32,000 nucleotides of DNA from Trichodesmium erythraeum IMS101 (GCF_000014265.1 NC_008312.1:5700001-5732000), one strand, 5' to 3'. Shown: positions 16,531-28,585, counted from the first letter of the stretch. Notes: generated by a model from the letters alone, not told the origin. Numbers and translations: made by a program.

Positions 16531-16568
16531 AGTTTTGGTTTGTGTTTAGCATTAATGGAAAGTGACAT

Positions 16569-16757
16569 ATGGCTAAAGGAGTAAGAATTATTATTACACT
16601 AGAGTGTACAGAGTGTAGAACTAATCCTAATAAACGTTCACAAGGTGTTTCTAGGTACACAAGTACTAAAAACCGTAGGAATACAACATCAAGATTAGAG
16701 TTGAAGAAATTTTGTACTCACTGTAATAGACATACAGTTCATAAAGAAATTAAGTAA
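16569..16757 (+). CDS. rpmG: 50S ribosomal protein L33
   Basis: [17 protein letters not shown]...[32 protein letters not shown] is the canonical L33 sequence with two CxxC pairs. Confidence 0.95.
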   Translation: MAKGVRIIITLECTECRTNPNKRSQGVSRYTSTKNRRNTTSRLELKKFCTHCNRHTVHKEIK

Positions 16758-16919
16758 AAATTTAGTGAGTATTAAACTATAGTAAAGTGCTTAATAAGCT
16801 ATAAACAAAGTGTTAGGAGTTTGATACAATTTAGACTTTTATAGGTAAAAGTTTTGATTGATATGAATTCTGAATTAAGTTAAAACGTAAATAAAAATTA
16901 TTAGCAGATAATACGCGCT

Positions 16920-17138
16920 ATGGCAAATTACTACCGGAAAAGAGTATCACCTATTAAACCAGGAGATCCCATTGATTACAAAGATGTTGAGTTACTCAAA
17001 AAATATATTACTGAAAGAGGAAAAATTATGCCAAGAAGAATTACAGGTTTAACATCTAAACAGCAAAGAGATTTGACAAAAAGTATTAAAAGAGCCAGAT
17101 TAGTGGCATTATTGCCTTACGTTAATAAAGAAAGCTAA
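16920..17138 (+). CDS. rpsR: 30S ribosomal protein S18
   Basis: [50 protein letters not shown] is the canonical S18 core. Confidence 0.95.
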   Translation: MANYYRKRVSPIKPGDPIDYKDVELLKKYITERGKIMPRRITGLTSKQQRDLTKSIKRARLVALLPYVNKES

Positions 17139-17511
17139 GGCTAGGACTGTGTGAAATTTCATAATGTTGGGAAAAATGATCAAGTCTTTTGAGTGAGGCA
17201 TCTAGTTAAGGAATAGTTGAGCATTTAAGGGCTGAGGAGTTGTCAGCTCTTGAAATAGAGAGCTGAATTATCAAACAAATAATTGATTGTAAAAATTATT
17301 ATAAAGGTTAATTTTTAGTTAAGATTTAAAATCTTTTGAGTTAAGAGAGACCAAATGCTAGCAAAGATGAATGGGCAAGGGGGCTACTCTTAAGATGGTA
17401 AGAGCCATTACTTTAATCAGTGATGCTACATTGATTCAACGTGCAGAGCTTTGAGTAGGTTGAAGATTGCACAAAGCTCAAGAAAACTTAAACTATATAC
17501 ATTAAGAGCAA

Positions 17512-19536
17512 GTGGAGAAGGGAAAATTAATAGAATTTAGACTGCACGGAGAGCGTAGACTAGCTGTGGCAGATCGTCCAGACGGTAAAAAAAATTGGGT
17601 CGTGATAGAAGCAAATGGTAAGTCTAATAGTATACCCCCAAAGCAAATAAGTTATGAAGTAGGAGGAGAAAGTTATCAATCATCAGAAATTCCCCAGTTT
17701 ATTCAGGAGGTAAAAACTTACCTGGATCCTTCTAGTTTAGAAGTAGCATGGGAATTGCTAGTAGAAGAAGCAGAAGCAGTAAATCCAGAAGAAATGGCCC
17801 TATTGCTATTTTCAGAACAAACACCGATCCAATGTTATGCAGCTTATATATTATTATCGGATGATAAACTCTACTTTAAGCAAAAAGGCGATCGTTACGA
17901 ACCCCGCTCTGTAGCCCAAGTAGCAGAAATTAAACATCAACAAGAAGTCCAAAAACAACGAAAAGAAGAATTAGAGAACTTTTTACTGCGGGTGCATAAC
18001 CGACTAGCAGGGGAAAAGGTAGAATGGGAACAAAGTGATTATAACCGCCTAGACATCATAGAAAAATTTGCGACTCATGGAGAAGAAACTTCCCATCGTA
18101 GTCAGGCCATGGAAACTTTGGCTACCTTAAAAGTACCAGAAACTTCAGAAGCAGCATTTAAACTATTAGTGGATCTAGGTATATGGAGTGAGCATGAAAA
18201 TCTATATTTGCGACGTAGCCAGATCCCAAAATGTTTTTCTACCAAGGTACTAGAAGTGGCCAAAAGCTGCCTGCAATCCCTCCCACCAGATCCAGAAACA
18301 AACCGTTTGGATTTAACTCATTTAAAAGTCTATACAATTGATGATGAAAGTACCCAAGAAATAGATGATGGCCTGAGCATAGAATTTTTAGAAGATGGTC
18401 AACACAGGATATGGGTACATATAGCTGACCCAACTCGTTTACTTATTCCTGGTGATGAGTTAGACCTAGAGGCCAGACGCAGAACGACTACTTTATATTT
18501 ACCTACTGGTATGGTTCCTATGTTTCCCCCAGAGTTGGCCACAGGGCCAATGAGTCTAATTCAGGGACAAGTGTGCAGAGCTTTGAGTTTTGGCATTCTT
18601 TTAGATGAAAGTGGGGCAGTTATAGATTATATAATTCATGCCAGCTTAATCAAACCGACTTACCGTCTTACTTATGATGATGTGGATGAAATGCTACAGT
18701 TGAAGATTAAGCTAGAACCAGAAATTCATGCTCTGAATGATTGGGCTAAACAAAGATTTAAGTGGCGACAGTCACAAGGCTCGATTAGTATTTATATGCC
18801 AGAGTCGGTAATTAAAGTGAAAGGTGAAGGTGAAGAAATTACGGTAGAAGTATTGGATGATTCACCTTCAAGACAGCTAGTAGCGGAAATGATGATTTTG
18901 GCAGGGGAAGTGGGGGCAAAATATGGTCAAGAAAATAATATTCCTCTACCCTATCGTAGTCAACCTCAACCTGAACTTCCACCAGATGCAGAACTAATGT
19001 TGTTGCCAGCAGGACCAGTTCGTTCTACAGCTATGCGTCGATGTATGCCTAAAAGTGAAATGGGTACTATACCAGCTCGTCATGCAAGTTTGGCTTTAGA
19101 AACTTATGTTCAGGTTACTTCTCCTATTCGGCGTTATAGTGATTTATTGGCCCACTTTCAGATTAAGGCTCATTTGCGGGGTGATCCGTTACCTTTTACT
19201 CTAGAACAAATGCAAGAAATGGTAATGAGTTTAGTTCCGGCGGTGAAGGAAGCTTCTAGTGTGGAAAGGTTTACTAACCGTTATTGGGGTTTGGAATATT
19301 TACGCCGTAATTCTGGTGAGGTTTGGCAGGCATTGGTAATTCGGTGGTTGAAAGAAGAAATTAATTTAGGGTTGGTGTTGTTGGAAGAGTTGGGGTTAGA
19401 GTTGGCTATGCGGTTTGGTAGATCAGTTGAAGTGGGCGATCGCTTAGAGGTAAAGGTTGCTCATGCTGACCCTCGTAGAGATGAGATTGTATTTCAAGAA
19501 ATTGTGAATAACGTTGCAGAAAAAGTTAATAATTAA
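17512..19536 (+). CDS. RNase II/RNase R-family 3'-5' exoribonuclease
   Basis: RNB-domain motifs VYTIDDESTQEIDDGLS, TLYLPTGMVPMFP and VTSPIRRYSDLLAH, with an S1-like C-terminus. The start is GTG (GTGGAGAAGGGA) and the upstream leader is about 370 nt. Confidence 0.9.
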   Translation: MEKGKLIEFRLHGERRLAVADRPDGKKNWVVIEANGKSNSIPPKQISYEVGGESYQSSEIPQFIQEVKTYLDPSSLEVAWELLVEEAEAVNPEEMALLLFSEQTPIQCYAAYILLSDDKLYFKQKGDRYEPRSVAQVAEIKHQQEVQKQRKEELENFLLRVHNRLAGEKVEWEQSDYNRLDIIEKFATHGEETSHRSQAMETLATLKVPETSEAAFKLLVDLGIWSEHENLYLRRSQIPKCFSTKVLEVAKSCLQSLPPDPETNRLDLTHLKVYTIDDESTQEIDDGLSIEFLEDGQHRIWVHIADPTRLLIPGDELDLEARRRTTTLYLPTGMVPMFPPELATGPMSLIQGQVCRALSFGILLDESGAVIDYIIHASLIKPTYRLTYDDVDEMLQLKIKLEPEIHALNDWAKQRFKWRQSQGSISIYMPESVIKVKGEGEEITVEVLDDSPSRQLVAEMMILAGEVGAKYGQENNIPLPYRSQPQPELPPDAELMLLPAGPVRSTAMRRCMPKSEMGTIPARHASLALETYVQVTSPIRRYSDLLAHFQIKAHLRGDPLPFTLEQMQEMVMSLVPAVKEASSVERFTNRYWGLEYLRRNSGEVWQALVIRWLKEEINLGLVLLEELGLELAMRFGRSVEVGDRLEVKVAHADPRRDEIVFQEIVNNVAEKVNN

Positions 19537-19799
19537 GCAAATCAAAAGTCAGAAGTTAAAATTTAAATTATTCAGAAACTGGGTTTGTCGGAGACGGAGA
19601 TGGCTATGGTAGGGCATTTAATACAAACCCGGTTTCTATGCTTTAGTTATATCCTAGATTTATACTACAAAAAGTAGTATGTAACAGAGAAAAAATTTGA
19701 GTAAGTATTTAGACTTAACCGAAAAAATCTTGAACTATACAACAGAATCAACTCTATGTCTAAAATATTTTATTGTTCTTTCTGATACCAATTTTCTAT

Positions 19800-20960
19800 G
19801 AAGCTGTGCTTAATATAAATTAACAAGATGTAATAGTGAAGAAAATAATAGAGCGATCGCCAGCCTAAACATTGGCCATTAATAAAGTATTGGTAATAAA
19901 TTCCCAGCCAGTTATTTGAGATATTACTTTTTGAGTTAATTTATTTAAACTCTTAGTCAGAGCAATTTGTCATTTTTCTATACTGTCAAAATTAATTAAC
20001 TTAAAATCTTCTTTAATGTATCACCACAATCTCTCTATATAATTAACTTGTGGACTATATGGTAGTTGAAATAATAGAATAATATTCTCAGGAAGATTTA
20101 AGTTTAAAGCTTTGTGTAAACGACTTATTTAAACTCTTAGTCAGAGCAATTTGTCATTTTTCTATACTGTCAAAATTAATTAACTTAAAATTTTCTTTAA
20201 TGTATCACCACAATCTCTCTATATAATTAACTTGTGGACTATATGGTGGTTGAAATAATAGAATAATATTCTCAGGAAGATTTAAGTTTAAAGCTTTGTG
20301 TAAACGACTATTCTCTAACTAAATTATGTATATTTTATGAATTCAATTGCTATCCAAATAATTCAAAAAACTTTTCAAAGCCAATACAATTAATGAGAGT
20401 AAATTCCCAAAAAAAGCTTTCTCCTTTTAATGGTTATACTAACTATTATAACCATCTATATCAAAATTTTCATTGTTCTTTTCCTATCGATTTTACTCTT
20501 TTGAAAGTCACCTTTTATCCAGAAAAAGTTTTAATCTCAAAACGACTTTGATCCTGACACCAATCACGAATTTTTATACTATCTTTCAACATTTATTGAT
20601 TTTTATCTAACAGAGATTGAATTAGACCTGGTAGTTTTTTTTCCAGTTATTTACAGCATCTTTTTCTTGTTTGATATTAACTGGACGTGGAACTGTGAGT
20701 TTGGTTTTTAATTGATAATGAGCTATTTTAGATATAGTTCCATAACTTGCTGGGATATTATAAACACTCAATACCATTTATAAATTTCAGTATAACTATA
20801 AAAACCTTCTGGACCTTCTAATTCTCCTTTTAATTAATCTTTAAATATTTCTGGAATTAAAGATTGACGACCATAACTGGTATCAATTGTTAATAGTTTT
20901 TCTATTCTACCTTTACAGTAACTTAACTATCTAGAATTTGCTTATGATATTTTTTTTTCA
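19800..20960 (-). mobile_element. Degenerate IS630-family transposase relic
   Basis: Minus-strand translation, broken by many stops and frameshifts, gives an HTH-region fragment ...EGPEGFYSYTEIYKW...KTKLTVPRPVNIKQEKDAVNNWKK and a DDE-region fragment NIILLFQLPYSPQVNYIERLWWYIKEDF (compare LPPYSPELNPIE). The boundaries are approximate. Confidence 0.6.
19941..20308. repeat. 184-bp tandem duplication (2 copies) inside the IS630 relic
   Basis: 19941-20124 and 20125-20308 differ at two positions by my reading. Confidence 0.9.
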
Positions 20961-21939
20961 AGGGGATAGGAAAATACTGTGAAGTGCTCTACTTGCTGTG
21001 AGGATTATTTTGTATTTTTTTTAGAAGTTTAAAGATAGGATATATTACTACTAGTTGTTATCTTAAATTACTAGCCCCTTTATAAGTCAAAATATTTCAA
21101 TATACAGGTGAAACTTTCTTGTTACAATATACTAACCATTAATATATTGATATTCTAGTATTGAGCCTTATCCAAAATCAGGACTAATCCTGAAGTAAGG
21201 CGGAATAAATTTTCTGTCATTATTTTCAATAAAGGAAACTAGAATAAAAGTCAGCTTAACTCCTTGAAACTCAAAAATATTTATATGTCTTTGCGTTTAC
21301 TTTTTGATTTTATTAGCAGGATAAAATAATTACTGAATTTTGATATTTTTACAATTTTATGTACTAATACTCATGTATAATAATATTTATAATATTTCTA
21401 CTTGAGATGAACTCAAATTTTGCTTAATATGGTTTTTATAAAACCCTAATATCTTCACTTTTATTGATTTTTATTTGTAATTACTAACCATTTTTTATCT
21501 TAATATTTAAGTCTTTCAAAAGTTCCCGAAATAAGTAAATAATCAACCAAAAGTAGTAGTGTAGTGTGTTTTCTCCGCAAACGCACTACACCTCAAAATT
21601 TCTCAATAAGCGTTGTCTTTTAGTTGAATTACTATTAAGTTATCGAAAGTAAATCTATTTCTAGATATAGCTTTCAGCTAGCTTTTCACATCATAAGGAT
21701 ATTAATCTTAACCAAGTCTGGAAATAATGGTGTATTTTTTCTTCAACTTGAGCAAGTAAATATATTTACAGCTATTTTAAATAAGTACTGCTTCACTGGA
21801 GAATGGATGTTGCTGAACCAAGGGATGAGTTTTTTGCAGAATTTGCAGAAAAGGTCAATCCTATATTTGACTTCCTCTTTCTCTAAAACTGTAATTAATC
21901 TCGTAAATATGCAAAGCCCGAGAATAGGGTTTAAAATTT

Positions 21940-22150
21940 TTTGAGAAATGGTAGAGTATCTCCAGTGTATAAGGTATAACCAACAATCGGACCTTTAACA
22001 CAAATAATTTTTCATGCTATGAAACTGAACAAATTGGTAATTTAATTAATACTACCAGAAACCATCACACTGAATACCGACCACAATAACTAACTCCTTG
22101 AATGCTTTTATCAAAGGAAGTATTACAAACTACCCATGAGCAACACCAAT
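21940..22150 (-). pseudogene. Degenerate partial duplicate of the 3' third of hisA
   Basis: The DNA aligns with 22250-22440 of hisA. The minus-strand translation gives AFKELVIVVGIQCDGFW* and SIN*ITNLFSFIA*KIICVKGPIVGYTLYTG, compared with his[19 protein letters not shown] and [29 protein letters not shown]. Confidence 0.55.
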
Positions 22151-22163
22151 TATCTGATTAGGA

Positions 22164-22937
22164 TTAGACAAATGTAGAAGAGCCCAAATTTGGAGGTACA
22201 TCTTGCCAACGCCCTTGACCTACTGCTTGATTTGCTTCTTTAAGACTAATACCTCCAGTATACAAGGCACGACCAACAATCGCACCTTTAACGCCAATGG
22301 TTTCTAATGCTAGTAAATTTAATAAATCGTTAATTGAACTAATTCCGCCAGAAGCAATTACTGGAATACTAACCGCAGTAGCTAACTCCCTTAATGCTTC
22401 TATATTAGGTCCTTTGAGAGTACCATCCCGGTGAATATCAGTATAGATAATTGCTGCAACTTTCAATTTGGCCATTTGAAGTGCTAGGTCAGTTGCTAAC
22501 ACTTGTGAAGTTTCTAACCAACCTTTAGTGGCAACCTTGCCATCTCTAGCATCAATACCTACAATAATTTGACCAGGAAACTTTTGGCAAAAATCAGAAA
22601 CTAACTCAGGTTGTTCTATAGCAACAGTACCCAAAATAGCCTGCTGTACTCCAAGAGCAAGTAGACTCGCAACTGTGGAATAGTTCCGTAACCCACCGCC
22701 TACTTGTATTGGTATATCTACTGCTTTGATGATTGCTTCAATAGTCTTTTGATTGACAGGTTGACCTACTTTAGCAGCGTCTAAGTCTACTAGGTGTAGC
22801 TTAGTTGCCCCTTCATCTGCCCACCTTTTTGCTACATCAACTGGATTATCATTAAAGATTTGGGTTTGCTTATAATCTCCTTGATACAATCTTACACAAC
22901 GTCCACCTAATATGTCGATCGCTGGAATTATATTCAT
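22164..22937 (-). CDS. hisA: 1-(5-phosphoribosyl)-5-[(5-phosphoribosylamino)methylideneamino]imidazole-4-carboxamide isomerase
   Basis: [22 protein letters not shown]..., [16 protein letters not shown] and IASGGISS are the HisA (beta/alpha)8 signatures. Confidence 0.9.
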   Translation of the reverse strand: MNIIPAIDILGGRCVRLYQGDYKQTQIFNDNPVDVAKRWADEGATKLHLVDLDAAKVGQPVNQKTIEAIIKAVDIPIQVGGGLRNYSTVASLLALGVQQAILGTVAIEQPELVSDFCQKFPGQIIVGIDARDGKVATKGWLETSQVLATDLALQMAKLKVAAIIYTDIHRDGTLKGPNIEALRELATAVSIPVIASGGISSINDLLNLLALETIGVKGAIVGRALYTGGISLKEANQAVGQGRWQDVPPNLGSSTFV

Positions 22938-23312
22938 AGATTCTATGTTTTGTATACAAAACTACTAACTTTGTCAATAGTTGCACCGACTGTTAACATA
23001 ATACACAATCGAAACTATAAAGAAATTTTTACTCCTGCTCACATCAAAACTTTTGTAGTCCAATTATTGACAGCTCTTAAAATTGAATAAGTATCTTTTG
23101 CTCCATAAAAATCAAATAATCAAGGTTTATAGTTATACTTTTGAGATTTTCTTGAGTATAAAAATGGGAATAATTATTAGACTTGTCGCTAAATAAAACT
23201 CTGAAAGTGGGACTCGCAAAATTATAGTTTTACTTCATCCACCTATGCTGGCATTCGATAGAAATTATAGAATCCTACAAAAGTTAATATGAAGCGAATA
23301 AAAAAACGCATA

Positions 23313-23475
23313 CACTGATTTTTTGGCTGCCTTAAGTGCTGTTGTACCGAGTAAAAGACATAAAGCATTAGGAAAAGAAATAGGAGAGACTTTTTGCATT
23401 AAGCGATTGAATAATACCATTTTGATAAAGGTTATCTAGGCCTTTGGGAAAAGCTTTGTTTTTGGGAGAGTGGTT
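23313..23475 (+). pseudogene. Short IS1-family-like transposase fragment
   Basis: The translation TDFLAALSAVVPSKRHKALGKEIGETFCIKRLNNTILIKVI*AFGKSF resembles the C-terminal ...Y..V.P...H.vGK..T..IER.NNTLRQR..RL.RK(T/S)LSFSK region of IS1-type transposases. It is an isolated fragment with a stop. Confidence 0.4.
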
Positions 23476-23883
23476 TGTGTAAGGGAGCAATTGTGGCAGC
23501 TATATCCCCACCTTAGTGCAAAAAAGCCAGAAAAAGATATAAGCTTTTTGATTTCCCAATGATTAAAATTAAGGATTTTGAGGCTTTTCAGGGATAAAAA
23601 TTGAAAGAAAAGACATCAGTACAGGACAAAACATTTTAAAACGTTATGAAAATCAGCTATTTTGCTAGGTATATTCAAGAAAATATTACCCAAAAATATT
23701 CTGACTTCACCAACGGCTAAATTGCTAAAAATCACTCTTAAAGGTAAATATCAGCTTCCATCAACAATTAAGTCTGTGTGATAAATCCTGATAGAAAACC
23801 CCCAATTAAACGAAAGATATTTAAACCATTGTTTACATAGAAATTCTCTATATCCTGTTAGGTATGCTGTTAGGTATGCTACT

Positions 23884-24009
23884 CACTCCTTACTTAATAG
23901 GGCAGCAAATTTCTCCATTACATTTATTCGTTTAGTAGTTTGGGAACTTCCTTTTTTCGGCAAAGTCTCCCAAATTATGGGAATTGCCAAGCCATGCTTA
24001 GAAATTCCT
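23884..24009 (-). pseudogene. Short IS4-like (DDE) transposase fragment
   Basis: The minus-strand translation GISKHGLAIPIIWETLPKKGSSQTTKRINVMEKFAALLSKE* resembles the ...AIPLLW..LPKKGNS...ERI.L..RF segment of IS4-type transposases. It is an isolated fragment. Confidence 0.3.
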
Positions 24010-24772
24010 AATATGATAATTTTGTATGTTTTCAAGCTACTATTGAGTTCAGTAATTACTCAAAACCCATTTTTATGAGCAGTTCATAATGGTGATCAAA
24101 GTCTAGAGGAATTTTCTGGTATCTATGTCAAAGTTAGGGAAAACCTTTGTAAGGGTTTGTAATTAGAACTTACTTGGGCATTAGATGAGAATGCAGTTGC
24201 TATTTGTACCTGGTTAATACTTTTGACTTGAAATATAACCTAGATAAATAAAAGAAGAAATTTGACTCTGGCTTCATGCTAATAAAAGTAGTGTTTAAAG
24301 TTTTTTGTAGTCAACTCTGGAGGGGTAATAGGCAAGACTAAAAAGCTGACATAAAATGGTTTGTAGCTTTTATAATTCTCTGATAATTGAGCCATTTTTG
24401 AGAGTTATTGGCTATCAATTCCTCTGTTTATTCTGCAAACATGAACAAGGAATTTAACCAATATTGACCTCTATTTCCTGTATAAATATAGCTATTTTGT
24501 TTATATTTTATTCCTTTTTAAATTGGATAATTTACATAATTTACGACTCTTTTTTGACAATGTATTTTTCAAAAATTAATAATTAATAGGAAGCTAAAGT
24601 CATCAATAATATGATAGAAATTAATATTTTACCTTAACTTTAGTTACTTCCAAATTATAGCCTATTGTATTAAGAAATGGGAACATTTATTCAATACCTA
24701 TTCGTTTTTTATAGGTATTTATTTTCATTTATAAATCCCATAAATTTGTAATTATAAATTATGGCTGTTTTA

Positions 24773-25606
24773 CTATATTTTTTTCGATTTTAAGACAATA
24801 TTGATTGATATAAAATACTTAGATTGATTGATTTTTTTATTGTAAATATATAGATATATTCAGCTTTATTTATAATAATATTATAGCTATATATAGTTAT
24901 ATTTATATATACAATCTTTTTTTTCTCTAAAATAAAAACATGTCTTTTATTGATTTTTAACTATTTAGCTAGTTCCATAATATAGAATAATCTATTTCAT
25001 AAAGCTACTTTTTGGCAATCATCAAATCGAGCTAAAACTATCGGGATAAAACTTTAGATAAATATTCTTGCTTTCCTCTAAAATTACTATTACTTTTTTT
25101 GTCAATATTAGTAATATAAAATTGACTTACATATATCGCAATTGTTGATATTTATCTATATTTTTTTCTATTTTAAGACAATATTTATTGATATAAAATA
25201 CTTAGATTTATTGATTTTTTTTTATTGTAAATATATAGATATATTCGGCTTTATTCATAATTATATTATAGCTATATATAGTTATAGTTATATTTATATA
25301 TACAATCTTTTTTTTCTCTAAAATAAAAACATGTCTTTTATTGATTTTTAACTATTTAGCTAGTTCCATAATATAGAATAATCTATTTCATAAAGCTACT
25401 TTTTGGCAATCATCAAATCGAGCTAAAACTATCGGGATAAAACTTTAGATAAATATTCTTGCTTTCCTCTAAAATTACTATTACTTTTTTTGTCAATATT
25501 AGTAATATAAATCGGCATACTATTAAGTTTATAAATTAGGCTTATTAATAATAAATTTACCCAATTAAATTGACTTACATATATCGCAATTGTTGGTATT
25601 TATCTA
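24773..25606. repeat. 383-bp tandem duplication (2 copies), extremely AT-rich and non-coding
   Basis: Copy 1 is 24773-25155 and copy 2 is 25156-25606. Copy 2 carries a ~56-bp insertion (TCGGCATACTATTAAG...CCCAATTA) and a few small indels. No ORF is present. Confidence 0.9.
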
Positions 25607-26270
25607 GCTTCAAAGTTTGATTAAAAAAAATATTTGAAAATTAGAAAACATAAAGTTTAAAATATTAGTATTTTTAATGATAAAAACCTTTGCATAGAAC
25701 GAAGACAGCTCTCAAAATTTATATATTTTGGTATTTTATTTGCCAGAGTTTCTCAAGGTATTCATCGAGATTATTGAATGATAGCAATCAAAGCTTTCAA
25801 CATTAACCAAAATTGAATTTTGATTGACTTTTTAAATGTTTATGGTGGGATAAAGGTAGTTTATTAGTTATTATTAAATAAGCCTTGTTGAGAATATCTA
25901 GGCTCATCTTTTTTGATCATTTTTTGGTTAATTCTTGATACTGAAGACTTTTTAACCTTTTTGTCATTCCCCCAGGTAGTAAACTAATCTCCCAAATCTT
26001 TAGGTTTCATGGACATTATGCTTTAAGTTATATGAAACCTTTTCCCCCATTAGAAAGTCAAGCTTTTTGTCCTGTACTTAGAGAAAATACTTTCAACTAC
26101 ATCCTCTGTTATTCCCATTTATCCTAACTTCGGATCTTTGTAACAACCTTCTTGCTAATTCCGTGCCGACCTACCTCTTACCATTACCAATAAAACTTAT
26201 TCAACAAAGCCTAATTAAAATAAGTAAATATTTTTGCACAGACACTTATTTATATAACGAGATTCTATAT

Positions 26271-26303
26271 AAAAAAATTAGAGACGTTGGCAATAGCGTC
26301 TCT
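26271..26303 (-). terminator. Rho-independent terminator of the helicase gene
   Basis: On the minus strand: AGAGACG, CTATTGCCAA loop, CGTCTCT, followed by AATTTTTTT. It starts about 35 nt after the stop codon. Confidence 0.55.
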
Positions 26304-26338
26304 AAAAATCCTATTCGACCATTTGAGTCACAAATAAC

Positions 26339-27826
26339 TTAATTATTCTGTGGCAGAGATGCTTCTTCTACATATATTTCATCCTTTAAATTCTTATTTT
26401 TATCAGAATAACTTTTATTATTAGACTTCTTAGGTAACTGCTTTTTCAACCTTGGTTTAGGAGTTTCGTACATAGGCTCATCTTCCTCCTGAGAATAATC
26501 AAGTCCCATCCAAGCAGGACGAGTTTCATCATAAGCTATCTGTAAAGCTGCAGCCGCGATCGCATGGGGATCATATTCTTTACCTAACTGAGAAATTAAG
26601 GGCAAGAAAGAAGCCATCCGCTCACCACTCAGAGCACTTCGCACTTTATCCTGTAATTTCTGTAACTGTCGAGCTTCAATTTGAGACCGCTTAGGAATTG
26701 AACGAGTGTTCAAACGTTGACGTAAATGACGTTCTATTAACCGCAACTTCCGCTTATCTACAGGATGAATCAAGGAAATTGCTGTTCCTTCCCGACCTGC
26801 ACGACCTGTACGACCAATGCGATGAACATAACTATCTACACTATCAGGCAAATCGTAATTAATCACATGAGTTAAATGATCTACATCTAAACCACGAGCT
26901 GCAATATCAGTTGCCACAACCCAACGTACCTGTTGATTCCGAAAGCGAGTTAACAACCGTTCTCGTTGAGACTGGTTTAAGTTACCGTGATACTCATCAA
27001 CACTATGACCTGCTGATTGTAATTGATTTGTTAGTTCTGCTGCAGCTTGCCTTGTGCGGACAAATATCAAAGCTGCTTCTGGGTCTTCTAGTTCTAAAAT
27101 TGGCTGTAGAGCTTTTCCTTTAGACCAACCACGAGGTAATATGTATACAGTTTGAGTGATGCGCTTAGGAGTAGTTTTTTGTTGGGCAACTTTAACTGTT
27201 ACTGGTGATTGCAAATACTTATTAACTAGTTTCCGGATTGAATAATCCATAGTAGCGGAAAAGAAAGCTGTTTGACGTTCAGCAGGTGCTGCTTCCAGAA
27301 TTTTTTCCACATCTTGAATAAAACCCATGCTCAACATTTCATCAGCTTCGTCTAAAACCATCATTTTCAAATGATCTAGTTTCAAGCTATTTCGATTCAG
27401 CATATCTATAATTCGCCCTGGTGTTCCCACTACAATATGAACACCCTTTTGCAGACGCTGGCTCTGACGTTCAATAGACTGACCACCATAAACCGTTAAA
27501 ACAAATAACCGCCGTTTAGTAGGACCTTTACTATTAATTCCAGTAAATTGACGAATCGCTTCTGTCACTTGCAGTGCTAACTCACGAGTGGGAGTTAAAA
27601 TTAATGCTTGAACTGCATTAGTATCTATATCAATTTGCTCCAATATTGGTAACGAAAACGCTGCAGTTTTACCTGTTCCTGTTTGAGCTTGACCCACAAT
27701 ATCCTTTCCCTCTAGCAAAGGGGGTATTGCTTGAGCTTGGATAGGGGTAGGTTCAGTAAAACCAATTGTTTCCAGATGATTTGCACGTTCCTCTGAAATT
27801 CCTAAACTTGCAAATGACAAATCCAT
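26339..27826 (-). CDS. DEAD-box ATP-dependent RNA helicase (CrhR-like)
   Basis: Q-motif GFTEPTPIQ, motif I AQTGTGKTAAF, motif II VLDEADEML, motif III SAT, motif VI HRIGRTGRAG, and a basic C-terminal tail. Confidence 0.92.
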   Translation of the reverse strand: MDLSFASLGISEERANHLETIGFTEPTPIQAQAIPPLLEGKDIVGQAQTGTGKTAAFSLPILEQIDIDTNAVQALILTPTRELALQVTEAIRQFTGINSKGPTKRRLFVLTVYGGQSIERQSQRLQKGVHIVVGTPGRIIDMLNRNSLKLDHLKMMVLDEADEMLSMGFIQDVEKILEAAPAERQTAFFSATMDYSIRKLVNKYLQSPVTVKVAQQKTTPKRITQTVYILPRGWSKGKALQPILELEDPEAALIFVRTRQAAAELTNQLQSAGHSVDEYHGNLNQSQRERLLTRFRNQQVRWVVATDIAARGLDVDHLTHVINYDLPDSVDSYVHRIGRTGRAGREGTAISLIHPVDKRKLRLIERHLRQRLNTRSIPKRSQIEARQLQKLQDKVRSALSGERMASFLPLISQLGKEYDPHAIAAAALQIAYDETRPAWMGLDYSQEEDEPMYETPKPRLKKQLPKKSNNKSYSDKNKNLKDEIYVEEASLPQNN

Positions 27827-28585
27827 TCATTCTGCTCCATAAAACTTATACAAAACCTCACAACATGACAATTTGATGTTTACTTCCTGCTTCAAACGAG
27901 ACTATTGGCAGCACTTTGTCTACAGGCGTTAACGGCTAAGCAAACCGTATGAACTTAATTGATAAAAGCATTCAAGTTTCTTGTTTATCCGGTTGTGACG
28001 TTACGTTAATTCAATCTCTGGTTCCTGAGTCACCCAACTTGGAGGCGGATTTACCTTCAACCATAAGCGATCATAAACCCTTGCTAACTATCAACTATTA
28101 GACCATAGTTATAGATAATAGATAACATCTTGGTAGGGCAATATGCCTTTGCCGCCAACAATTTCCACTAAACTGATAGCACCAGAGTTAACTATTACCA
28201 GTTAAGCGGTGTCTGTGTATTCTCTCAAAGAGACATAATTTTTGGCCCAATGCCCTTTTCCTTTTTCCCTAGTTGGGTAGAGTTAAATACCCATTTGTTG
28301 AAATCTTAAGTTGGAACCTCTATTTAAGAATAGTTGCCTGTGATGAATCTTAAAATCGCCCATTGGAAGAATTTAGTTTCAACGAGCACTTCAGATAATC
28401 TACAGTTTACTGTTAGTGGCCTTTCTTAAGCTTTATAATCATTTACATAATAACAAATGACTTAACATTAAGTGTATTGTTTAAACATTTTTCTTAGTGT
28501 ACCTTTTTTGTGATATAGTTTTACATCCAAAAAATACATTATATTAAATCTGGTAATATTAGTTGGTATAAATAGGATGTGCTCA

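Noticed and set aside
21541-21600. Small hairpin GTAGTGTG...CGCACTAC in the spacer upstream of the hisA fragment
   Set aside because: The stem is only 8 bp with one wobble pair and a 13-nt loop, no T-run follows, and no gene sits next to it. It is indistinguishable from chance in 1.2 kb of spacer.
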